Shown here piece after piece: positions 14,738 to 23,678 of a DNA stretch of 58,189 nucleotides. The DNA is from Candidatus Edwardsbacteria bacterium (lineage in GTDB: Bacteria > Edwardsbacteria > AC1 > EtOH8): assembly GCA_025453955.1 (NCBI GenBank), contig JALOPJ010000012.1, positions 1 through 58,189 on the forward strand. The letters run 5' to 3'. Under the pieces are notes generated by a model. It was not told the DNA's origin. It did not search any database and was given only the letters and a program-made list of their open reading frames with translations. The first letter of the stretch is position 1, and every line of letters starts with the position of its first letter. The translations under genes and the position numbers were made by a program.

Positions 14738-17221
14738 CTAGTCACGGACCGGCTCCTCGGCCGCCAGCGGGACGTCGCGCGTGGGTCCGCCGCCCGCAGC
14801 GGCCAGGCCGGCCATGGCCTCCGCGGCCGCCTCGGTCCGGCCCGCCATCAGATACAGCCTTGCCAGGCCGGACCAGGAGGGGCCATGCCCCGGATCGAGC
14901 GCGACTGCGGCCAGGTACCCCGCCTCCGCGCCCGCCCAGTCACCGGCCGCCAGCCGCGCCGCGCCCAACCGTTCCCTGACGTCCGCACTGCGCGGCATGG
15001 CCTGCGACGCAGCTTCCAGGCGGCGGACGGCCTCGGCCGGCCTGCCCTGTGAGAGCGCCAGCTCGCCCATCAGGGCGTTGGACCTCCCGTGGCCCGGTTC
15101 GCGCCGCAGCGCCGACCACAGCAGCTCTGTTGCCGCGGTGGTGTCGCGCCGCCGCAACCGGACCACGGCCAGTTTGGACAGCAGCCCGGCATCGGGCCCG
15201 GCCGCCAGCAGCGCGTCCCGGTAATGCCGATCCGCCTCCTCCAGGCCGCCCCGCTGCGACCGCAGATCGCCGAGATGCTCATGGAACTCGTTCAGCCCGA
15301 GATCGCGGCCCCGGCGATAGGCGGCCTCGGCCGAGTCGACATCGCCCGCAGCCAACGCGACCCGGCCCGCCAGATACCGCCCCTTCACCGAGAGCGGATC
15401 GCCGGCCAGCAGTCGGCCGACCGCCAGTGTCGCCGCTGCCAGCGAGCCTGTTTCATAAAGCGACCGGGCCGCCGGCCAGAGGAACTGGCGGTCCTGCGCC
15501 GCGGCCGCGGCCAGCCCGGGGGCTGCCCGCGCGTAGTCGCGGGCATGGAAATCCTCGAGCCCCTGCAGGGCCCCGCCCCGCAGCCGGGCCTCGGGGCCGC
15601 CCTGGAGCGGCCCCGGATCCAGCCACAGCGCCGTGACCAGCGCCGCACCGAACAGGAAGTAGACCAGGAATACCAGTCCCTCGCGCACCGGACGCCGCAG
15701 CACCAGCCAGGCGGTCGCCGCCCCCGCGGGAACCGCGGCGGCCAGCAGCCAGGGGATCCCGATGATCAACGGTCCGGCCGCATACGCCGTCAGCACCAGT
15801 CCGGCGGTCACCGCGCGCCCGCGGCGCTCCCCCAGCATGGTGGGCAAGGTCAGGATGCCGGCGGCGCGGTCCCCGGCCGCGTCATTGAGGTCCTTGGTGG
15901 CGAAGGAGAGCCCGAAGCACACCATGATGAACCACCCCAGCCGCGGGGGGAACAGCGCCAGCGTCCTGGCGCCCCCGAAGGCCGAGAATCCCAGCCAGCA
16001 GGCGGCCAGGGCGGCCAGGGCGATCAGCAGTGTCGACAAGGGATAGAAACGGCGCAACCGCAGCGGCGGCGCCGAATACGCGACGGACAGGGCCAAGCTG
16101 AAGAGGACGATCAGGACCGGCGCCTGTCCCAGCGCCGCGGCCAGCGCCACCGCCAGCGCGGCATACCCCGCGGCCCAGCCGAGCAGTTCCGCGCCCGCCA
16201 TCTCGCCGGCCGACAGCGGGTTCGCCTTCCCGGTGAGCCGGTCGATGTCGCGGTCGAAGTAGTCGTTGAGCAGCACCGCCGATTGGAAGGCGCAGACGAC
16301 GGCGGCGGCCGCCCCGATCGGGAACAGGGAATCGAAGGGATTGGCGAAGGCCATGGTGAACGCCCGGCCCACGGTCAGCCAGCCGGCCAGGAAGCCCAAT
16401 CCGACCATGCCCGCATAGTGGATCGCGCGCAGCGGACGGGACGACCGCAGCAGCGAACGCGCGGTCCCCGGCCGGCACAGCCTGAGCCAGGCCGCGCCCA
16501 GCCCGACGGCCAGGGCCATGAAGACCAGGGCGTACTTCCGGGTGTCGGTCTGGACCAGCCCGCCGGGGCTGAACACGGCCGGCAGCGATCCGTCGGATCC
16601 GGCCAGGGCCGCCCAGCCCGCAGCGATCAGGATCGGCAGCGAGCCGGCGAACACGCAGCACAGAAAGACCGCCGCGAAGCCCGCTGCCCCCCGCAGCAGC
16701 GACCCGGTCTGTTGCCAGCAGACGAGCGCGGCTGCGGCGCAACCCAGCGCGACCTCGATGCGGATGCCGGGCGAGGCGCCGGGAAGGCCGCGCCAGGGGA
16801 CGAAGGTGTAGCGCAGGTAGTCGGCGATCTGCCCCAGGTCGCGCAGGTAGTAGAGCTGGTAGCCGGAGCCGGACACCAGCGCGTCGATCAGCACCGGGAC
16901 CATGATCACCGGCGAGCCCGCCGCCACCAGCCTGGTGATCCGCTCCACCGGCGCGGCCGTCAGGGCGCTGACCGACAGGATGATCAGCAGGAACAGCGCG
17001 ACGAAGAAGGCCGGCAGGTGGAGGAAGACCATCAGCTGCGACTGCAGCGGTTCCAGCGCGAATCCGAGCTGGCCGGAGCTCTCGCAGGCCCCTTCCAGAA
17101 ACGCCCGGCCGAAACAGCTGGCGAGGACCAGCGACCACGACCACGCCAGGCCGTGGGGCGCCGACGCGATGGCGTCGAGCAGCCGCCCCATGGCGCCGGA
17201 TGGCCTGCGAGCCTTGTTCAT
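14738..17221 (-). CDS. Multi-TM N-terminal domain + UbiA-family prenyltransferase core + C-terminal TPR domain (827 aa)
   Basis: Asp-rich motifs LNDYFDRDIDRL (NDxxDxxxD) and KDLNDAAGDRAAG lie inside a polytopic region. About 260 aa of extra TM segments precede it, and about 300 aa of TPR-like repeats follow. The start is uncertain (ATG 17221 or GTG 17236). Confidence 0.75.
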   Translation of the reverse strand: MNKARRPSGAMGRLLDAIASAPHGLAWSWSLVLASCFGRAFLEGACESSGQLGFALEPLQSQLMVFLHLPAFFVALFLLIILSVSALTAAPVERITRLVAAGSPVIMVPVLIDALVSGSGYQLYYLRDLGQIADYLRYTFVPWRGLPGASPGIRIEVALGCAAAALVCWQQTGSLLRGAAGFAAVFLCCVFAGSLPILIAAGWAALAGSDGSLPAVFSPGGLVQTDTRKYALVFMALAVGLGAAWLRLCRPGTARSLLRSSRPLRAIHYAGMVGLGFLAGWLTVGRAFTMAFANPFDSLFPIGAAAAVVCAFQSAVLLNDYFDRDIDRLTGKANPLSAGEMAGAELLGWAAGYAALAVALAAALGQAPVLIVLFSLALSVAYSAPPLRLRRFYPLSTLLIALAALAACWLGFSAFGGARTLALFPPRLGWFIMVCFGLSFATKDLNDAAGDRAAGILTLPTMLGERRGRAVTAGLVLTAYAAGPLIIGIPWLLAAAVPAGAATAWLVLRRPVREGLVFLVYFLFGAALVTALWLDPGPLQGGPEARLRGGALQGLEDFHARDYARAAPGLAAAAAQDRQFLWPAARSLYETGSLAAATLAVGRLLAGDPLSVKGRYLAGRVALAAGDVDSAEAAYRRGRDLGLNEFHEHLGDLRSQRGGLEEADRHYRDALLAAGPDAGLLSKLAVVRLRRRDTTAATELLWSALRREPGHGRSNALMGELALSQGRPAEAVRRLEAASQAMPRSADVRERLGAARLAAGDWAGAEAGYLAAVALDPGHGPSWSGLARLYLMAGRTEAAAEAMAGLAAAGGGPTRDVPLAAEEPVRD

Positions 17222-17258
17222 CGAGGCCTTCCCCACGGCGCCGGGAACGCGCGGGCGG

Positions 17259-18062
17259 CTATCGGAGGTTCACCAACCGCAACGCACAGGTCACCCCGCC
17301 CTGCCGCGCGGTCGCCAGGTAGACGCCGGGAGCGGCCGCCTGGCCGGCGGTGTTCCTGCCGTCCCAGATGATCCGGTGCCGGCCGGCCCGCAGGCAGTCG
17401 TCCGCGAGCACGCGGACCAGCTGGCCGGCGATGTTGTACACCGCCACCCGCCCCCGCCCCGCCGCCGGCACGTCGTACCAGAGCTCGAAGCTGCCCCTGC
17501 CGGGATTGGCGCCGGCGCAGCGCAGCCCGGACCCGGCCGCCGGGACGACGGCCGCGGTACCGCCGGACACGCCCGATGCCGCGGCGGCCGCCACCGCTTC
17601 CGGCGCCCGGACCCGCCCCGAGCCGAACACCGTGTCCTTGCCGGCGGCGCCCAGCGGCAGCGCGGTGGCCTCCAGGATGGAATCGGCCTGGGCCGGTGTC
17701 AGGTCCGGGTTGGCGCGCAGCATCAGCGCCACCAGACCGGCGACGTGCGGCGTGGCCATCGACGTGCCGTCCCAGTTGGCCATGCCCTCCATGATCGCGT
17801 CCCAGTATCCACCGCCCTTCTTGCAGGAGAGGATCTTGACGCCGGGGGCGCAGACGTCGGGTTTGAGCAGCCCGGCGCCGGGGCTGAAGGGGTAGTCGGC
17901 CCACACTGGGAAGTAATTCGTGTAACTGGTGTCGCTGATGGTGAAATCCCATTCGGCCGGACCGCGGCTGGAGAAGCTGCCGATCCCGTCGGCGCTGTCG
18001 GTGGCGCCGATGGTGATCACCCCGCCGGTGCTGTCGCCGTTGTGGAGGTAGCCGCCGGGGTA
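17259..18062 (-). CDS. S8 serine peptidase, C-terminal part (Ser motif) with T9SS-type C-terminal sorting domain; same frame as the fragment upstream
   Basis: GTSMATPHVAGLVALML carries the catalytic Ser. The tail VAVYNIAGQLVRVLADD...IIWDGRNTAGQAAAPGVYLA resembles the Por-secretion/FlgD-Ig-like CTD. The track ORF 17259..18020 starts at an internal GTG. Confidence 0.8.
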   Translation of the reverse strand, partial: YPGGYLHNGDSTGGVITIGATDSADGIGSFSSRGPAEWDFTISDTSYTNYFPVWADYPFSPGAGLLKPDVCAPGVKILSCKKGGGYWDAIMEGMANWDGTSMATPHVAGLVALMLRANPDLTPAQADSILEATALPLGAAGKDTVFGSGRVRAPEAVAAAAASGVSGGTAAVVPAAGSGLRCAGANPGRGSFELWYDVPAAGRGRVAVYNIAGQLVRVLADDCLRAGRHRIIWDGRNTAGQAAAPGVYLATARQGGVTCALRLVNLR

Positions 18063-18078
18063 CTAGCCGCCGGGGTAC
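18049..18078. repeat. Perfect 15-bp tandem duplication (TAGCCGCCGGGGTAC x2)
   Basis: 18049..18063 is identical to 18064..18078. On the coding strand the junction creates the TAG at 18065..18063. Confidence 0.95.
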
Positions 18079-19247
18079 CACGGCGCCGGCACGTCGCCGG
18101 GACAGGCGATGTCGAAGGGCTTGGCGAAGTGGCCGCCGGTCGACGGGTCGCCGTTGCCGGCCGCGACGGTCATGATCACCCCGGCGTCGCGGATCATGTC
18201 GCACTGGGCGCGCATGATGCCCTTCAGCATCTGGCTGGTGTCGCCGTTGTCGGTGATGGAGAAGCCCAGCGACATGGTGATGACGTCGGCGCCGTTGGCC
18301 ACGCCGTAGTCCATCGCCGCCAGCAGGTCGTCCAGCGTGCCGCCGCTGCCGCTGTCGGGAAAGACCTTCCCGATCATGATCCGGGCCGCCGGGGCGACGC
18401 CCACCTGCTCGCCGCCGGCGCCGGTGCCGGCCACCGATCCGGCCACGTGGGTGCCGTGGGGCGGGGTGGCGCCGGTCATGATGGCCCAGGCGTCGGTGGT
18501 CCCGGCGTCCATCGGGTCGTTGTCGTGGTCGGCGAAGTCCCAGCCCCGGACGTCGTCGACGTAGCCGTTGCCGTCGTCGTCGACGCCGGCCGACCCACCC
18601 TGCTCGGCCTGGTTGGTCCAGATGCGGGACGAGAGGTCGGTATGGTCGTAGTCGACGCCGGTATCGATGACGTCGACCACGATGTCCTCGCCGTGGTTGC
18701 CGCCGGCCCACACCGTCGGCGCGCCGATGGTCTGCACGCCCCAGGCGATGCCCTTGGGAGGCGAGGCCGGCGTCCGGGCGCCGGCCCCCGGGTTACTGAC
18801 GCCGGGCAGCTCCGGGTTGCTGACGATCGGCCGGGAAAGGACGATGGCCCGGACATCGGTCCGCTGGGCCAGCGCTCGGACCGCCGCCGGCGCCAGCCGC
18901 GCGGAGATCGCGTTGAGCAGGAACAGGCTGCGCACCCGGTCGGCCCGCCCGGCGGCGACCTCGGCCCTGATTACCGTCATCGCGCCGTCCTGGCTGCGCC
19001 GCGAGAACCGCTGCATCGCGTCGGCGTAACGGCGCTGGCGCTCCCGCCGCGGCAGGCCCTGCTGCGTCTCCCCCTGCGCCCGGAGGGGACCCTCCGCCAT
19101 CAGGATGATGACCGGCACCAGCTCGGCCGGCCCGGTTGCCGAGAGGCGCGTTTCGAGGTCGGGCATGATGACCGCCGACATCGCCGGCGCGGGGAACAGT
19201 GCGGCGAGGGACAGCATCACCGTCGTGATCAGGGTGGCTCGGGTCAT
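18063..19247 (-). CDS. S8 (subtilisin-like) serine peptidase, N-terminal part, ends at an in-frame TAG
   Basis: ATG at 19247 with AAGGAG 5 nt upstream. Signal peptide MTRATLITTVMLSLAALFPAPAMS. Asp motif DVIDTGVDYDHTDL and His motif HGTHVAGSVAG are present. Confidence 0.85.
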   Translation of the reverse strand: MTRATLITTVMLSLAALFPAPAMSAVIMPDLETRLSATGPAELVPVIILMAEGPLRAQGETQQGLPRRERQRRYADAMQRFSRRSQDGAMTVIRAEVAAGRADRVRSLFLLNAISARLAPAAVRALAQRTDVRAIVLSRPIVSNPELPGVSNPGAGARTPASPPKGIAWGVQTIGAPTVWAGGNHGEDIVVDVIDTGVDYDHTDLSSRIWTNQAEQGGSAGVDDDGNGYVDDVRGWDFADHDNDPMDAGTTDAWAIMTGATPPHGTHVAGSVAGTGAGGEQVGVAPAARIMIGKVFPDSGSGGTLDDLLAAMDYGVANGADVITMSLGFSITDNGDTSQMLKGIMRAQCDMIRDAGVIMTVAAGNGDPSTGGHFAKPFDIACPGDVPAPWYPGG

Positions 19248-19377
19248 GATAGCTCCTTCTCGCTGTCGCAGGTGGCGGACAAGCGACCGCCGGTCCTGCC
19301 GCACGGCGCTCGTCCGTATGTGCGCCAATTATCGATCTCACCGCTCACCAAGGTATCACCAGAGTTAACTATTTGTC

Positions 19378-19419
19378 ATTATAATGGTTGACTGCGCTAA
19401 TTGAAACGATTATAATGGT
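19378..19419. promoter_or_regulatory. Interdigitated divergent promoters with an 11-bp direct repeat ATTATAATGGT
   Basis: Plus strand: TTGACT (19388..19393), 17-nt spacer, TATAAT (19411..19416). Minus strand: TTTCAA (19406..19401), 17-nt spacer, TATAAT (19383..19378). The repeat copies are at 19378..19388 and 19409..19419. Confidence 0.5.
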
Positions 19420-19422
19420 GCC

Positions 19423-21612
19423 GTGAACGAGTTGTACCAGCTGTTATTCGAGAAGGGGCGGGTCGGCCGAGTGCTCGATGCGATCAAGCGCGGCGGCCTG
19501 CCCGACCCGGCGACGGAACCGGCCCGGAGCCTGCTGTACGCGCATGCGCTCAACCAATACGGCGATTACACCAGGGCCCAGAAGGTGCTGGCGGACATCC
19601 CGCCCGATCCGCGCACCGATGCCGAGCGCCTCTGGGGCCTGTGCGGTTACCACATCAGGATCGGCGCGCTGCACCAGGCCAAGCGCCTGCTGGACCGCGC
19701 GTTCGCGGCGGATCCGCCCGGATGGCTGTCGCCGCACCTCTACGGTCAACTGGCCAACTACTACAACCAGCTGGGACGGTTCGATGATGCCACCAAGGCC
19801 AATCAGCTGGGCATCGCCGCCGCCGAGATGGCCGGCAGCATGGTCCAGCTGCTGGTGCTGACCGGCAACCAGAGCATCATCCGGGCGGTCAGGGGCCAGC
19901 CCGGCGAGGCGCTGACGATCCTGGAGCGCACCGTCAAGCAGCTGCTGGAACGCGACAGCGCGCTGGCGGCCGCCCACTTCCTGATCGTCGAGCACGAGCT
20001 CTACGGCGAGCTCGGCATGGGCGCGCTCGCCCGCCGCTGCCTGCAGCGCGCGGAGCGGCTGGTCGAGCGTTCGGGCAGCGTCGGCCGCATGATCTTCCTC
20101 AAGCTGGAGATCGGGGCCCAGTACGGTCGCGACGGGGACATGTCCCGCGAGCTGGCCGCATACCGCGAGGCGCTGGAGCTGTTGCGCGGACTGCCGGACC
20201 CCCTGCTGGAAGGACAGGTCAACTGCAACATCTCGCTGGTCCATTTCCGCAAGGGGGATTTCAGCGAGGCGCTGTCGCTGATCGAACGGTTGCTCTCCGC
20301 GGCCCAGTCCCGGGGCCTCAAGCCGCAGACGCTGGTCTGCCTCGGCCTCCGGGGCCGGTTCCTGATCGGGTCCGGTTCGGCGGCGGCGGGCATCGCCGTG
20401 CTGGAGGACGCCCTGGGCCTGGCGGAACGGCTCGGCATCCGCCATTACTCGGTGGTACTGGCCCTCCACCTGGCGCTGGGATGGCTGCGCCGCGGCGACC
20501 GGACGCGGGCCCTGGAATGGCTGGAGCGGTCGCTGGATTCGGCCCGCCGCGACAACCTCGTCTCCAGCCTGCTGGGGGAACGACGGGACCTGGAAACGCT
20601 GTTGGCCGGGCTGGCGGGCCAGCTCCGGTTCGATCCCTTCCTCAGCCGCATCGCCTTGTCGCTGGGGCACCCCGCCCTGCTGAAGCGCCTGTTCCGCTAC
20701 GACCCGCCCGACGGCAAGCTGATGTTCCTGCGCTCCCTCAAGGTCCATGATGCGCCGTCGTTCCACTCCCGAGCCGTGCGCCTGACGCGCGATCCCGACC
20801 CCGGGGTGCGGCACGCGGCGCGCGCGGTGATCGCGGGGTGGAACGATCACACTGCCTACCGGATCTCCGCCCTCGGCAGCCTGCGGGTGTTCCGCGAGGA
20901 CCGGCTGTTCCCCGACGACGTCTGGGTCCGGGCCGGCGTCCGGCGGTTGTTCCTGTTCCTGCTGGCCAATCCCGGGCGGTGGCTGTCCTACGACCTGATC
21001 CTGGAGAGCCTGTGGCGGGAACCCGACCCCGCCGGCGCGCGGCGGGTGCTGGCCAACCGACTCTCGGAACTGCGACGCATCATCGAGCCGTGGCACGTCG
21101 CCGGGAGGCCGTACGCGCTGGTGCGCAGCCGCACCGGGTCCTGCGGCCTGTTCGGCGAGGGCCGGATCTGGATCGATGCCGAGGAGTTCACCGGCCTGGC
21201 CCGCAAGGCCGAGGACGCCAGGCTGCGGCGGAGCTTCCGTGAATCGCGGCAGGCCTACCGCCAGGCGCTCGACCTGTACGCCGGCGATTACCTGGAGGAG
21301 TTCCCCTACGAGGATTGGCTGGCGCCGAGGCGCGCCGCCCTCGGCGCGCTCTACTACCGCTCGGCGGCCAGGTATGCCGCGCTGGAGCGCGACTCGGGCA
21401 ACCCGGCCGAGGCCCGCCGGGTGCTGGAGGAAGCGCTCTACCGCGACCTCGGCTGCGGCGAGTGCGCCCGCCTGCTGGTCGACGTGCTGCTGCGGCTGGG
21501 CCTGCGGACCCAGGCCCGCGACTGGGCGGCGCGCCACGCCGAGCACGTCCGGCAGACCGTCGGCACCGGTCCCGACCCGGAGATCGGGCGGCTGATCGCG
21601 GGCCTGGAATGA
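19423..21612 (+). CDS. SARP/BTAD-type transcriptional regulator with long N-terminal TPR/HEAT-like region (729 aa)
   Basis: The only plus-strand gene. The C-terminal ~250 aa look like an OmpR/SARP winged helix (LILESLWREPDPAGARRVLANRLSELRR) followed by a BTAD (YRQALDLYAGDYLEEFPYEDWLAPRR...). GTG start at 19423. Confidence 0.75.
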   Translation: MNELYQLLFEKGRVGRVLDAIKRGGLPDPATEPARSLLYAHALNQYGDYTRAQKVLADIPPDPRTDAERLWGLCGYHIRIGALHQAKRLLDRAFAADPPGWLSPHLYGQLANYYNQLGRFDDATKANQLGIAAAEMAGSMVQLLVLTGNQSIIRAVRGQPGEALTILERTVKQLLERDSALAAAHFLIVEHELYGELGMGALARRCLQRAERLVERSGSVGRMIFLKLEIGAQYGRDGDMSRELAAYREALELLRGLPDPLLEGQVNCNISLVHFRKGDFSEALSLIERLLSAAQSRGLKPQTLVCLGLRGRFLIGSGSAAAGIAVLEDALGLAERLGIRHYSVVLALHLALGWLRRGDRTRALEWLERSLDSARRDNLVSSLLGERRDLETLLAGLAGQLRFDPFLSRIALSLGHPALLKRLFRYDPPDGKLMFLRSLKVHDAPSFHSRAVRLTRDPDPGVRHAARAVIAGWNDHTAYRISALGSLRVFREDRLFPDDVWVRAGVRRLFLFLLANPGRWLSYDLILESLWREPDPAGARRVLANRLSELRRIIEPWHVAGRPYALVRSRTGSCGLFGEGRIWIDAEEFTGLARKAEDARLRRSFRESRQAYRQALDLYAGDYLEEFPYEDWLAPRRAALGALYYRSAARYAALERDSGNPAEARRVLEEALYRDLGCGECARLLVDVLLRLGLRTQARDWAARHAEHVRQTVGTGPDPEIGRLIAGLE

Positions 21613-21625
21613 CCAGGACCATGAT

Positions 21626-21655
21626 GAAAAACCGGCCAGGGCGGGCCGGTTTTTT
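21626..21655. terminator. Bidirectional rho-independent terminator between convergent genes
   Basis: AAAAA-ACCGGCC-AGGGCG-GGCCGGT-TTTTT. The stem is 21631..21637 paired with 21644..21650. Confidence 0.8.
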
Positions 21656-21680
21656 CATCACCGGTGGGTGGCGGACTCCC

Positions 21681-22845
21681 TCAGCTGCGGAACAGCACCT
21701 CCTCGCGCTGGAAGAACGCCACCGCGAACACGAAGGCCAGGGCCGCCAGCAGACCGGTGGTCAGCACGGCGGGACCGATGTGTCCCCAGTTGACGATGCC
21801 CATCAGCAGCTCCTTCTGGCAGAGCGCCGTGTTGAGCACCGGCACCAGGAACAGCGCCGGGGGCGGCTCCATCGGGGTGACGGTGACCATGGCCAGCATC
21901 ACCACGGCCATCATGAAGTACTGGGCGTAGCTGTTGCCTTCCTTCACCGACCGGGCGTAGCAGCCCAGCGCCAGCAGCAGCGAGGCCAGCAGCACCGCCG
22001 ACGGCAGCACGGTGAGGAACGACAGCAGCATCCCCGCCGGCGACACCGCCAGCGCCAGGCCGGCGTGCCGCGCCCCGCCGCTGAAGATCGAGACGCCCGA
22101 GAGCACGGTCAGCCCCAGGCTGCACAGGCCGATCAACGCGGTGATCAGGCCCATGGTCACCGCCGTCAGCAGCTTGCCGGCCACGATCGCCCGCCGGCCG
22201 ATGTTGCTGGCCAGCAGGGTCTCGATGGTCCGCCGCTCCTTCTCCCCCGCGGTGGTGTCCATGGCCGTATGCAGCGCTCCCACCATCACCAGCATCATGA
22301 TCATGTAGGGGATGATCATCCCCATCACGAAGCCGCCCATCTTCTGCGGCGAGGCGGCGTTGCGGTACTCGGCGGCCAGCGGCGCCAGCAGCATGGTGTC
22401 CAGGCCCCGCGCCTGCACCCGCTCGGCGACCAGCCGGTGCTGGTGGGCGTCGAGCGCGGCGCGGATGCGGCCCCGCGCGACGTCGGAACCGCGGCTGGCC
22501 TCGTCGTAGTGCACCGTCAGGCGCAGGCGCCCGCCCGCGGGCTCCCGGAACTCCAGCACCGCCTGGACCGCGCCCTGCTCCAGCAGCCGGCGGGGCTCGG
22601 GCAGGTCGACGACGGCGATCTTCGGCTCCGCCCGCAGCCGGTCCAGCAGCCGCGGGTCGCGCGGCCCGCCGTCCACCGCCAGCCGGGTGACGCGCCGCTC
22701 CTCCCCCTGCCGCTGCATGCCGAACAGCAGCCCCATCCCCACGAACATCAGCGGGTAGACCACCAGCGGCAGCACCAGCACCGAGAAGACGGTGCTGCGG
22801 TCGCGGAAGGCGTCCCGCAGCTCCTTGCGGAACACCACCATGGTC

Positions 22846-22859
<14 letters not shown>
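21681..22859 (-). CDS. ABC-2 type exporter permease (NatB-like)
   Basis: Opens with VVFRKELRDAFRDRSTVFSVLVLPLVVYP, has a large extracytoplasmic loop and a C-terminal multi-TM ABC-2 core. The start is ATG 22859 or 22841. Confidence 0.85.
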
Positions 22860-23592
<733 letters not shown>

Positions 23593-23678
23593 GGCGTTGC
23601 GCGAGCTCCTTCAATGGGAAAGATGCGGCTGGCGCCGCATCTTCGGGACCTGCCGGTGTCGCCGCGGACCGGTGACGG

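Noticed and set aside
18063-18065. The in-frame TAG in the S8 peptidase as evidence for stop-codon reassignment or programmed readthrough.
   Set aside because: TAG is used as an ordinary stop by other genes in the window (for example at 14738, 25389 and 2741). This TAG sits exactly at the junction of a 15-bp duplication, so a lesion or artefact is the simpler explanation.
23619-23644. An 11-bp perfect hairpin (GAAGATGCGGC-TGGC-GCCGCATCTTC) between Yip1 and the ABC ATPase, and an AT-rich hairpin at 8211..8228 between cheY and cheA, as terminators or ncRNAs.
   Set aside because: Neither has a U-tract on the coding strand, and both sit just upstream of the next gene's RBS inside apparent operons. 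They may modulate mRNA stability or translation, but the sequence alone does not support a specific call.
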